Below, piece after piece: positions 48,439-60,466 of a stretch of 64,000 bases of DNA. The DNA lies in NCBI GenBank assembly GCA_030704615.1, contig CM060731.1:36332001-36396000 (forward strand), written 5' to 3'. The notes under the pieces are model-generated. The model saw only the letters and a list, made by a program, of their open reading frames with translations, was not told the origin of the DNA and ran no database searches. Made by a program: the position numbers and the translations under genes. Each line of letters begins with the position of its first letter. The first letter of the stretch is position 1. This stretch comes from Takakia lepidozioides. Lineage: Eukaryota > Plantae > Bryophyta.

Positions 48439-51400
48439 CAACTTCGAGAGGAGTTGATGTTGGCTTACTCATCTCCAACTTAAACCTTTGTAGAATTGTC
48501 TCAATGTATTGTCGTTGATGCATGAATATTGTATGGTTCACTCGATCTCTGCTGATTTGAATACCAAGACAGAACCGAATCTCACCCATGTCAATCATGG
48601 CAAACTCAACACTCAACAGTGCTTTGGTTTCTGGCAACAACCTTTGATGATCGTTGGTGACAATGATTGTGTCATCCACATATAGAGCTATGACCACAAA
48701 TTGCTCCATCTTTTTCACATAGATGTTTGTGTCAGCAATGCTTCACTCAAATCTTGTCTTTAAGAGGTAAGCATCGATCCTAGTATACCAAGCTCGAGGA
48801 CTTTGTTTGAGTCCATACAAACTCTTTTGCAGCTTACACACAATATCACTTCCTCCTTGTACAAACCCTTCAGGTTGTCTCATGTAGATCTCTTCTTGTA
48901 GTTCTCCATTCAGAAATGCGGTCTTAACATCCACTTGATGAACTTCGTGATTATGTTGAGCTGCAAGAGATAACAACACTCTGATAGAAGAAATCTTCAC
49001 CACTGGTGAGAAGGTTTCATTGTAATCCACTCCTTGAATTTGTGCATAGCCTTTAGCTACAAGACGAGCTTTGTACCGGTAAATAGATCCATCAGCTTTG
49101 TACTTCAACTTGAATATCCACTTGCAACCAATGGCTCTTTGTCCTGCAGGCAACCTAGTGAGTGTCCATGCTTTGTTTTGCATCAATGAATCCAACTTTG
49201 AGTTGATTGCTTCTTCCCATTGTAGTTTGTCTGGAGAGCGCATCGCTTCCTCATATGTAGCAGGCTCAACCACTTGTGATGCTTCTTCCATAGCTTCAAT
49301 GGCACTCATAGATGTAATCAGCATACTAGGAGCTTTCCTTTCCCGCTGAGATCTCCTTAGAATTGGCACATCTTCAACTTCATCTCTAGAGTCCATAGCA
49401 ACAAGTGGTTCGCCAACTTCGACTCCTTGATCAACTCCATCAAGTTGAACACCTCCATCATTTGCTTCAGCCATCTCTTGTATTGGCTCCTCATAAGACT
49501 CCTCTTGGAAATGGTGTAATGGCTCTAAGCTCATTCCCATGTCATCTTCTCCCACTACCAAAGAGGGTATAAAGCCTTCATCAAACACTACATCCCTACT
49601 GTGTTTGACAGCCTTAGTTGTCTTATTGAACAACTTATATCCCTTCACACCTTCTGTGTAGCCAATGAAGATGCATCTTTCTGATTTGGAGTCAAGTTTC
49701 CTTCGCTTCTGAGTAGGGATATGGACATATGCACGACATCCACAAATCCTACAATGAGCCACACTAGGCTTCTGACCACTCCATACCTCTTCTGGTGTTT
49801 TTCCCAACACTGATTTGGTAGGTATTCTGTTGTGAAAATATGCTGCAGTGCCAACAACTTCTGCCCAAAAATGATTTGAAAGATTCATTTTTTTCACCAT
49901 ACTCCTTGCAGATTCTTGTAGTGATCTATTCATCCGCTCATCTATACCATTCTGCTCAGGTGTATATGGAACAGTAAACTGTCGAGCTATTCCATTCTCT
50001 TAACAAAACTGATTGAAAGCCTTTGAGATACACTCACCACCATTGTCAGATCTCAAAATCTTAAGAGACTTTCCAGTTTGTTTTTCTGCAAGTACTTTGA
50101 ACTCCTTGAATTTCTCTAGCACTTGACTTTTCTACCTTAAGAAATTCACCACAACCCTCCTTGACAAATCATCAATGAATGTCACAAAGTACCTTGCTCC
50201 TCCAAGTGATGTGGTTTGCATTGGCCCGCACACATCAGAATGTACAATCTTCAATATACTTGTGGCTCTTCGTCCACCATCCTTAAGAAATTGACCTCGA
50301 TGTTGCTTCTCTTCCAAGCAACCTTGGCATAGACGCATATCGTTCATCTCCTTCAATGGTAGTCCTTCCACAAGATGGCTTGAGAGTTGCATCTGTCTCA
50401 ACTTCTTAATGCTCACATGACCTAACCTTCTATGCCACAACTATGTTTCTGACATGACAGGTGTAGATCCCAACTGTGGTGAAAATGTGGTAAGAGCACT
50501 AGAGACATGATGTTGTAATCTATACAAGCAATTATCAAGAATAGCTCTTACTACCACAGCTCCTGAGCTATCTGTGATAGTATAACTCTCATCTTGGAAT
50601 ACCACTCTGTATCCCTTTGCAACAATTGGCCTTACAGACAGCAGGTTCTTTGTTAAAGTATGGACATGTAGGACATTTTCCACCTCTATGGTTTCCCTTT
50701 CATTGAGCATAAGAGAGACTGAGCCTTCCCCACCAATGACATGCTTGCTATCATCTCCCAAAAGAACATATTGTGTAGGTGAAAGAGATCTATAGGATAA
50801 GAAATGCTCTCTCTCTGAACTCATATGTTGAGATGCTCCTGAATCAACATACCACACATGCTTCTGTCTAGTAGTGGCTGAAAGAGACACAACAAATAGA
50901 ATAGCATTCCTCTGATGAGTAGCTATGTTCCCTTGACTCTCTCTGCTGCGCTTATCTGCAATGCGCTTTCTACAATCCTTGATCATGTGACCAAGTTTCT
51001 TGCAATAAAAGCACCTCACTTTGGCCTTTTTGATCTTTGAGCTAGATTGAGGTTTCTGAAACCTCTGGGACTTCTGAGACATATGTGAAGGGAGTCTTCT
51101 ATTCAAGACTACTCCAGTCTTGCCTGTGAACAAAGCTCTGTCTACCTCTGTAGACGTACCTTGACATTTTCTTATTGTTTCCTCCTTGAGGAGAAGTCCT
51201 ATGACAACATCAATAGTTAAGTTGGTTTGTCCTGCTAGAGACACCACAAAACCATCATAGGATTCAGGTAAGGTTGCCAATAACACCACTGCGGCGTGTT
51301 CATCAGTCACATTAGTTCCCATAGAGACTAGTTGATCTCGCAACACACAAAACAAATTCAAGTGTTGTTCAACTGAGTCTGACTCGGTCATCTTCAGACC

Positions 51401-51772
51401 ATAGAACTTTTGCGTTGCATACACTTGCGATGTGACATCCTTCGTCTCATATATGTTTGCTAGCTTATCCCAAACATCCTTAGCATTCTTAGCACTTATA
51501 ATGAGATGCAACTGATTCTCTCTCAAGCTTGTGATGATGCTAGCTCTTGCTTTCTGATCTTTCTTATCCCATATGGCTTGGCCAACAATAGTGTCAGGTC
51601 TTGGGACTGATCCATCAACCACTCCCCATAGATCTTTGTCTAGAAGGACCATCTCCATCCTAAACTTCCAGGTTTGATAGTTAGCTCCATTGAATCGATC
51701 TTCCACTCTCACATCTAATGCACTCGTCATAGACATAAAATGAGGATTGCTAGAAGACGACACTCCAGCCAT
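48439..51772 (-). pseudogene. Copia gag-pol (in-frame stops at 50441, 50132 and 48743; last RT piece at 37281-37391)
   Basis: Gag FNGANYQTWKFRM and CFYCKKLGHMIKDC; PR WYVDSGASQHM; integrase WHRRLGH, VHSDVCGP, LRSDNGGE; RT YKARLVAKG, QVDVKTAFLNG, SLYGLKQS, LYVDD. Confidence 0.93.
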
Positions 51773-51819
51773 AATCAAGTTCTCTCAATCTCAACTACCA
51801 ACTCTCACCTAGAGAAGAA

Positions 51820-51833
51820 TGGCTCTGATACCA
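51820..51833 (-). promoter_or_regulatory. Copia primer-binding site (tRNA-iMet)
   Basis: Minus strand reads TGGTATCAGAGCCA. Confidence 0.92.
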
Positions 51834-52140
51834 TGTTAGAATTGAGCAAGAACATGAACAAGAACTAAAGTCTTAGACTAAAGCTAAAACTAAAGCTCTC
51901 CTCCCAACCATAGAAGCCACCATCATACTCTTACACTTAGACTAGTGGCTTCACCCCCGAGCTTGTACAAGAAGGTCTCTAGAAAGTCCTACTTGGTCAC
52001 TTCCACTTCCACTATGGTGACCATCCACCTTCTAGCCATTCACCTTCCAAAGGTGAGTTAAACAAGATAGTCTCTTAGACTTCTAAACCTTTGGCCTTCA
52101 AGACTCTTAGTCTTCTAGATATGTTTAATTACTTCCAACA
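51834..52140 (-). repeat. Copia 5' LTR (307 bp)
   Basis: TGTTAG...CCAACA, directly adjacent to the PBS. Confidence 0.85.
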
Positions 52141-52734
52141 TTTCCAGCTCTTTGCTAAGGGATTCCACCTGCAGGTGGATGCTTGCTGTGAGGGGATCTG
52201 GAAGGCTCTTCTCTGTGAAGGTCTCACTTCGCCTTCAAGTTTTGAAAGACGCGTATGTGTGGATTTGTCATTGAGATGTTTCGCCAGACCTTGAAGTTTG
52301 CTAGTGCACTCCTGAAGAGAGGCCCGCAAAACGTTGTCCTGAACTCGCATATTGTTCTCCAAGTCTGTGTATCTGTCTGTCATGCGCTTCTGCCAATCTT
52401 TGTCCAAGGAATCCATGCGCTTTTCCCAATTTTTGTTAAGGGAAGCCATCCACGTCTCCCAGTCTTTGTCTAGGGAAGCCAACCGCTCCTCCGAGTCATT
52501 GTTACGGGCAGCGAGCAATTGCTGCAGAGTCTCCTCCGAGATGCATTTCGTTTGTAAGATGGAGATTTGGTCCCGAAGCATTTGAACATCAGCACTCCTT
52601 GTGGAGTACTGAAGCAAAGGAGAGGCTTGATGAGAGACAGGGGTAGGAAGAAGAAGCAGAGGGGAATCAGGTCGACGTGAGGGAGACGGGTAGTCTACCT
52701 CGTCGGCAGCCGTCCTTTGGCGTTTGGACGTCAT
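52141..52734 (-). pseudogene. Coiled-coil ORF truncated by the copia insertion (possibly ORF1 of a non-LTR element)
   Basis: MTSKRQR...SPSR N-terminus and 11-aa repeats (LASLDKDWETW/MASLNKNWEKR/MDSLDKDWQKR). The frame runs into the copia LTR. Confidence 0.45.
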
Positions 52735-52940
52735 GGTGTGGTGGAGATGGCGCTAGCGCGCCAACGCCCGTGAGCACAGCGCTGACGCACGAGCGCCGAC
52801 GTGCTGCCGCGCGCTCCGAGATGCAGAGGCACGGAAAGTACTGGAGGAAAAACTGCCAGTGGACGCAGACGATACAGTGGCGCCACAGATACTCGAGGAT
52901 AGGCTGCAAGTGGGCTCAGAAGGTACAGAGGCATGGATAG

Positions 52941-53636
52941 TGAAAAGGATCTGACTCTCTTTCCTCAATCCAACTACAGAACAAATTCAGGCCCTTTTCT
53001 TATCTTGCCGTTTATAGGGAATCTATCAGGATCCCAAGAAATCTGCTTGCTTGAATCAACGTCAATATGGACTCATGTGACCATCTTCTTTTATTCCAGT
53101 CACCGTTCATTGACTCAGACTGTAACAGAGACCACACCAGTCCAACGATCGTTCACCCCTGTTCTTCACGGAAGTGTATTCACAAGCCTTAAGCAGATCT
53201 TTCTTGTCCCAAACAGTAACTAGAATCAAATTTGCATTGTCACTCTTCAAATCAACACCTGATGAAGCCTAAGTCATAGGATTTACACTTTTTCTCTATA
53301 CAAAGGAGAAATCACAGTCCCTGCCGCTGCAAGGCACCAAAGGCCAGTGACAACTATTCCAACATCAACCTACGCTCTAAAAGCACAGCACCGGCTACAG
53401 CATCCGGTCCACCCAGCCACCACGCCGTGCTACGCACAGATTTCCCGTCGATGCAGATCTGCTCTAGACGCCTATACGCCATCATCTTTTCTTCAACCCT
53501 CTTGCCATCTCCAAGCGCCCCTCAAAAATCCCTAGTCCTGGATCTTTACCTACAACTGTCAGTTCGGCGATATTCTAGCAGTCTCTTGTTATTCCAAACT
53601 GGTTGACAGGTTGATCTTCGTTCCTGGCACCTAACA
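52941..53636. mobile_element. Solo LTR, copy 1
   Basis: TGAAAAG...CCTAACA with 5-bp TSD GATAG (52936-52940 and 53637-53641). Confidence 0.9.
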
Positions 53637-54051
53637 GATAGTCGTGGAGTACCAGCCGCAAGTTGGCTCAGAACTAGATGCAGAGTCTGTACGGATACTC
53701 GAGCACCAATTAATGCAGCTTGTGGACTCAGTAGACGCTCAGTTGCAAGTGAGCTTGGACACTGCCAAACAGTGGATACTGGTGCATGACATCTTCTCAT
53801 AAATATTCTTGAAGAGAACATTTGCATTCGCAGAACAGTGGTCTTATAAGCAAGTAAATTTTCTTGAGCTGTTTGTTCAAGAAAGGATTCCCTCTTCTGA
53901 ACAAATCCAGCCATTGTACATACCACTAAATTTGATCTATCGCCCAATACCATTTGGTAATGTGAGCGTGGACGAGCACAGGGGTTCTTTTGCAAGTAGG
54001 GGATCTTTTCCAAGTATCACAACATCTAGTTCAGCTCGGTGTCAGGTCCAA

Positions 54052-57010
54052 CTCAGTGACTCTATTGTGCTAGAACACAATCAAGGAGAGATCAGTTTGA
54101 GGAACATTTCAGTTTTCAAAGTACATATAGATAGTGTGAGTCTAACAGTCTAGAAGTTACCTGGATTGACAAATAGAGGCTTAAATCGTTGAGAAGCCAT
54201 AATGGGCTTGATAATGAGCAGTCTTAGTGGGTATCATTCTGAAAGACTAATCCTGCCCTTAAACATGATGTGAATCCTGCCAGTGGCAGCTCACATGCAA
54301 CTTAAAAACTCTGATTCAAGAATTAAATTTGAGGGTGTGTTGATTGGAATCAAGATTTCATATGCTGATGCAGGGTCCTGGAAGGTAGTGATCTTAATGG
54401 TAGTATAGTCTGGTGGATGTGTAACATGGTCTGGCCCTCTCAAGCACACTTGCTGCAAATTTACCCTCTATTTTTATCTCCACTAAGGGAAATTCATATT
54501 TCGCCTTGCTTTCTATTCCACATTTCTTTTGTTTGCACTGATCACAAAATTCTTTCCATGTTATTTTCTGCAGTATATGGAGGTTGAAGTTGCCCACAAG
54601 AATGGGAGCTATCTTACAGAGTTGGAGATGATTCGTGAAAAGTATCTGACTCTCTTCCCTTCCTCCAACTACAGAACCATTTCAGGCGCTTTGTTTATCT
54701 TGCCGTTCCTAGGGAATCTATCAGGATCCCAAGAAATATGCTTGCTTGAATCAACAACAATATGGACCTCATGTAACCAGCCTCTCTTATTCCAGTCACA
54801 ATTCTTTGACTCAGATCGTAATAGAGATCACTCCACTCCACGATCGTTCACCCTTGTTATTCACGAAAGCATATTCACAAGTCTTAAAGCGAACCTTTCT
54901 TGTTCCAAGCTATTCACAGGGTTTACACCATCACTCTATACAAAAGAGAAATCACAGTCCCTGCCGCTGCAAGGCATCAAATGCCAGTGACGTCTATTCC
55001 AACATCAACCTACACTCTAAAAGCACAGCACCGGCTATAGCATCCGGTCCACCCAGCCACCACGCCGTGCTACAAATCAGCTTTCACGCGCATCCAGATC
55101 TGCTCCAAGCGCCTGTACGCCATCATCCTTTCTCCAGCCATCTTGCCAACTCCACGCACACTTTTTAAATCCCTAGTCCTGGATCTCTTCATGCACGCGA
55201 GCCTGCTCTATTTTGTCTGCAATTGTCAGTTCGGCGATATTCTAGCAGTCTCTTGTTATTCCAAACTGGTTGACAGGTCGATCTTTGTTCCTGGCACCTA
55301 ACAATTCGTAAGCAATTGAAAACAGCGAAATGGTGCTGTAGGCAAATGGAATTGGAGTGGGCTGAACAAATAACAACAGGAGCGACACAGCCAACAAGTT
55401 AAAGGTAATTCTTGTTTTCATGAGTACATATCCACCAAGTTCTATTTTACAGATTGCCTGAATCTCTCAACCAATAAAATCTCTCAACCAATAAATCAGA
55501 ACCCTAAATATTCATGTGAGAGGGAGAGTCAGGCAGGTATGTAAGTAGTCGTCTTCCCACAATATCCGTTGATGCTCTGTTATCTCTTTACAAATTTCAG
55601 AGTTTCTTATATGATGACTAGGAGGAAACCCTTTGATTTCTGGAAATCTACCTCCAGAAATCTGGTGAAAGTTTCTCTAATTTTTCACATAGAGGAGGAG
55701 ATGCTACCTGAAAAAAGCTGGTGACAATTTTATAAAGCTCTAAACACATGTACTAATCACATAGTTGTGCTCTGGCAGAATCATATGTGGCCGGTTCTCC
55801 ATACCTTGCACGATATGATTCGCTGCTGGGATATTGCCAATATAAACAAGGCCCTACTGAGCACCCTACAGGTGGAAATGCTTCGCAAATGAATTGTGTG
55901 GGGGGAGCCATGAATCCGCCATGTCCGAGGCAGTAATTGTTTAACGGTGAGTAGTTATTGATTGTGATCAAGAGGAGCTGCGCCTGTAAGAGGTTACATA
56001 TAATATATGAAATAAACATTACATAATAGCCGTTAATGCTGCTCGTGCAGATCTTTGTGCATGTCTACAACAGTCGTCAACGCCTTCCGAAACTGATGAT
56101 GATCTACAGGATGCTATGAGATGAGATTGGGAGTGAATATTTTTGCAGCACTAAGGAATGGGGTCTAACAATGATGTTAATCCAATCATTTCTGTTTAGT
56201 TTTCCAGAGCTGAATTTGTAATTGCATGAAGCAGCTCCTCACCAGAAACCTACAGATTTCAGAAAGCTGTAGATTTCATTCCAGTGGATGTGGCCACTTT
56301 CATAGTTGTGCTCTGGCAGTATCTGTGGACCGTTTGTGCACGCATTGTAAACTCTATTCTCAACTTGAACACTGAAAAATGAAGGGCCCAACTGCACCAG
56401 GATCAAATTACCTATTCCAACAGGATATGCGGCACAAAAGAACTTAGAATTGTACGTCATGGACGGAGCCATGGGGAAATCTGAGATAGTTATCTGCACC
56501 GAGACCTGCATAGCTCAATCACATATGTTTGTCATTCTTTCAATGAGTCAGGAAGAATGGTGGAATTTAAGCTAATTGAGGGTAAATAGCCCTCACACGC
56601 GGGCATTCCAGAGGCAGGTTTTTCTATCTGATGTTGTACTGGCAAGTCATGAGGTAGACAGCCTGAAGGCTTGTGGGTTTGAATATAGTCAGGAAGAACT
56701 GTACTGGACAAAGCAAGCTTATTAACTATAGAAGGTAAATAATTAGGCAGGGGCCTGAGGTGGATTTTTCTTCTCATTTTAGGGTTCCCGAGGCGAGGGT
56801 AGATAGCCTGGCAGGGGTCTGAGATGGATTTTTCTTCTTATTTTAGGGTTACCGAGGCGAGGGTAGATAGCCTGGCAGGGTCTGAGATGGATTTTTCTTC
56901 TCATTTTAGAGTCACTCTGAGGCTGATTTTTTCATTCTGACTCTCGGAAGTAGGCAGCGGTATAAATAAAGTTTGGGATGTTGTGGCACTGAGAGTGTGG
57001 GCAGTTTGGA
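54052..57010 (+). repeat. ~2.1-kb dispersed repeat, copy B (with solo-LTR insertion)
   Basis: Homologous to 19720-21878. Confidence 0.9.
54636..55303. mobile_element. Solo LTR, copy 2 (same family)
   Basis: TGAAAAG...CCTAACA with TSD ATTCG (54631-54635 and 55304-55308). The empty site GATGATTCGTAAGC is present in copy A at ~20332-20345. Confidence 0.92.
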
Positions 57011-57552
57011 CAATGAACAAGGTTGTCTAGACATACCTCTTGTTGATTAGCACACAATATCAATGGTAAGTCTGGAACTCTTGAGAAGCGGTATATAATT
57101 CTCCACTCCTAGCAATCCTTATAGATTGTAATACACTCCAGAAGTCTCTAATTCATGAGTGGACAATCAATGAGCGAGGAATTCTGGCCTTGTATACTTG
57201 CAATGGCAAGATAAATCATGTTTCTGGATATTGGGTTCGACTATATCTAGAGGAATCCTGAAAAGAGTGCTGATGTGGGTTTGCTTAACCAAAATGGTTC
57301 TTGGAAGGTGTCTTCATGGCCTCTTGTGTCTCCGCAGACTGCAACTAATTTTTCTTTGCATAGGTTACTGCACAGAAAAGTTCTGAGAAGTCCTCTTCCC
57401 CACTCATGATTTAGAGTCTTCTGGAGTGTATTACCATGATTCGACAACTATATACCACTTAAAGTTCCAATCTTGACCAGACATACCATTGACATTGTGC
57501 TAATCAATAAGAGAATCAAACGTTGTTCATTGCCCAATCTGGGCACACTCTC
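56991..57552. repeat. Degenerate inverted repeat (~160-170-bp arms, ~240-bp loop)
   Basis: 56991-57162 pairs with 57400-57552, e.g. GTAATACACTCCAGAAG.CTCTAA.TCATGAGTGG versus CCACTCATGA.TTAGAG.CTTCTGGAGTGTATTAC. Confidence 0.8.
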
Positions 57553-59232
57553 GTTGCACTAAAATCATCTTGGTCACCTCGAAACTTCATTTAGAAAGGA
57601 ACCTGCAGGTGTACTGGGAATATTTCATCCATATCTATAATTGAATGAAATCCCTGGATGAATAGTTTTATGCAAGCGTACATACGTCTACCAGGCCGAT
57701 ATTCTCTCCCCAAGGAAGACAATGACTTGTATTTCCTCCTATCCTATTTGCTCTCATTGAAATTTCTGATCCGCATAATGGAAGACTTCTGTGAGGACAC
57801 GGTAAAAGATGCTACTGAGTGGTTTTTGCCTTGTTGTTTGCACCAGCTGAAGGTCCTGTGATTGAACCAGACACAGCTTACACTTTGGGGTATCAGCAAA
57901 TTCGTGTTGCATTACTATCACATAGGCATAGACTTGTACAAATATCCCCAAGCCATGCTCATTCCCCTAGACTATGTCTGTCTAATGTTCATTGGAGAAC
58001 TTTGTCTGCCCATTGAGGCATAACTGCGGGTTCATTGAGGGCTTTAAACCACCATTCATAAGTAGAAAACCTTAAATTGGCTTATATTGCATTTCAGTCA
58101 ATCTACACTAAGTGGCATATTTGAACCCTGGCCCAAAAAGACCCTGCCTAATGCTACATGGCACATAGAAGTATCAATGTTTGCAAGGCTCTTGGAAATA
58201 CAAATAAAATTACCAAGTAACTTGGCTCACAAAGCTTGTAAACAGTAATGAAGATTATATGTCACTATGTTTAGTTTTGTGTTTTATGGGAGGAAAAAAA
58301 TGAAAGAAGGAAGATGTGTGTTTTAGGTTTATTTGTTTTTTAGGTCCTAAACTTGCTGATATGTGTCCTTTCATCCCAAAAACAATGAATAAATGACATT
58401 CTCATTCCATTTTTGTAACCCTCTGCCACCCTTTTGATTATCATCCTCCGCGGCCACCTTTTTCATATTTAGGAACTTTATCATCCAAACCAGGTTGCTA
58501 TCAAAAAAATGTTGAGGTGTTAGGAATTGGACACCAAGTCGATTGGCTCCGAAGGGAGATCTCTACCACTAAGCTACCCATACACATGTTAAAAATGTAT
58601 CACTACAAAGTCTATCTATACAGACTATACTATACTTACCCATATATATATGTACAAAAATGGGCAACATAGCTGGCCCCACGTCCTCCCGCGCACTCGG
58701 AATGCGGCGATGTCCTGCACGTGGTCGGTGGGATCTGGCTCCTCTGCTGTAAACTGTCTTCACTCGGTATGGCGCCATGTGCCTCACTGTGGCGGCCCCT
58801 CTAGCGAATGGTGGGCCCATCAGATTAGCTTTTGGCGAAAAGTGATGATTTTTCAGCCTCATTTCCCTTTACCCCTGTCGCCAAGACCCGCGGGAGGTCG
58901 AAATCTGGCGATTATTCGCCACTAAAAGAATGGCTGGTTCAAGGGGCCTGTGCGGCTGACACAGATGCCCTGAGAGGTAAGGCATTCAAACAATTGATAT
59001 ATTATTCCCTTGTTAGTGCGGGGGGGGGGGGGGGGGGGGGTGGGTTGGTCTCTGCATTTGTTTCTCTGCAAATCACTCGTTCACAGAGTTAACCCCTAAG
59101 TGCCCATTCGACCCATTTTCGGCCGAATGTTTTGGTTTTTCGGCTCTGTTTTTCTCAGATTTTAACCGATTAACCTGATTTTTGGAGGGTAGGATGCCAG
59201 CCACATGGCAGTCAGGATTCCAATGCGCGATT

Positions 59233-59271
<39 letters not shown>

Positions 59272-59742
59272 TTAGGGTTGCAATTTTTGGCTGCGCAGGA
59301 GGTGGGGTCTGCTTCTGCAGCGATTTTTGCTTGCTCCCACGTTTTGAGCGTCGTCTCTCTCCTTCCCGCGCTTTGCCTTGTGCTGTGATCTCGTCTGTTG
59401 TGGCGTTCACACGTGTTCCATACTTTGTTGCAGGTTGCCGTTGCAGATGCCTTGACAGGTTGCCGTTGGTGGTCTGCTCCGATTTGTATCTTCCATTATC
59501 TCTTTCTCTTTTAGTCGAGGAAACTTGGAAATTGTGGGCAAGTGCCAGAGACTGAGCCATAGCTGTGAGAGAGGATGGGCCGGCATTGCATTGATACTCA
59601 GGGTGCGCATTCAAGGCAATGTTCATTGTTTGATACATGAGCTAGACTGTGTGCAGTTAGGGCATCGTGTAGCTCATCCTTGTGTTTATCCTTGTGTGCA
59701 TAGGCAAATTGGTGGATGAAGGTTGAAGCTACATAGTATAAG

Positions 59743-60072
59743 ATGGGTTCGGGTGTGTTGCCTCCCCCTGCACCTACGCATTTGGAGACTCAAGCTGCAT
59801 CGATTGCCAAGTGGGCACGCTCACTAGGCGCATCAACCAAGCAAGTAGAGCGGATTGTCGGGTGCCTGAATGAGGACTACCTCTTGTGTTTGAAGAGACT
59901 TGCTCGTGTGCGTTGGCCTGGATTTCCACAGCCCTCCAACTTTCGTTACTTGTTTAGGCGCCATTGCGCAGAGATTTTGGGTTGGGTAGATCGCAAGGAG
60001 GAAGGAGACCCCCTTGGGTTCAGCGTAGAGGTAAACGACATTTTGAGGCTCGAGGTTTGGCCTGACTTCTAG
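59743..60072 (+). CDS. Small accessory ORF inside the piggyBac element
   Basis: ATG-initiated 109-aa ORF ending NFRYLFRRHCAEILGWVDR...VNDILRLEVWPDF. Confidence 0.4.
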   Translation: MGSGVLPPPAPTHLETQAASIAKWARSLGASTKQVERIVGCLNEDYLLCLKRLARVRWPGFPQPSNFRYLFRRHCAEILGWVDRKEEGDPLGFSVEVNDILRLEVWPDF

Positions 60073-60466
60073 ACGTCTTCTACAGCCATGATGAGGCTCA
60101 AACAGCTGGCCAGGGAGAGAGGTAATCGTATTGAACCCTCTTTTGATTTCATGAGTGAGGAGATGGGCAATTCGGCCTACTCCTTGCACAACTCTCAACA
60201 TCCTATATGTGATCCTGCTGGTCACTCCCAAACTATGGAGGACATAGGGATTTTGGGATCCACAGTGAAGGTGGCAAGTGGCTGAGCTGCACCTTCAGGA
60301 TGTGGCATCGTCTAGCAATGCCCACGAATTTGGATATGGCACTGTGGTAGACAAGACATGGGACATCCTGAATGGTACAAAGAATTATATTGTCTCTTTT
60401 TTTGGTGTCCTTGGTGTTCATGTGGTATCGTCACAGTCCTGTGTTGTGTGTAATCTTGATGATTCA

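Larger units (their letters stand above)
37281..52140 (-). mobile_element. Ty1/copia LTR retrotransposon, 3'-truncated (no RNase H or 3' LTR), interrupted by the Mutator-like element
   Basis: 5' LTR 51834-52140, PBS, gag-PR-INT-RT. The RT reading frame STPLEVGLK|LTKDMAPKTQEEQEDMRKTHYQSTVGSLMYC is continuous across the 37392-48429 insertion. Confidence 0.93.

Noticed and set aside
59020-59269. 21-nt G run and ~33-nt T run (G-quadruplex or retro-tail)
   Set aside because: Simple homopolymers of unreliable length with no associated TSD or SINE body.
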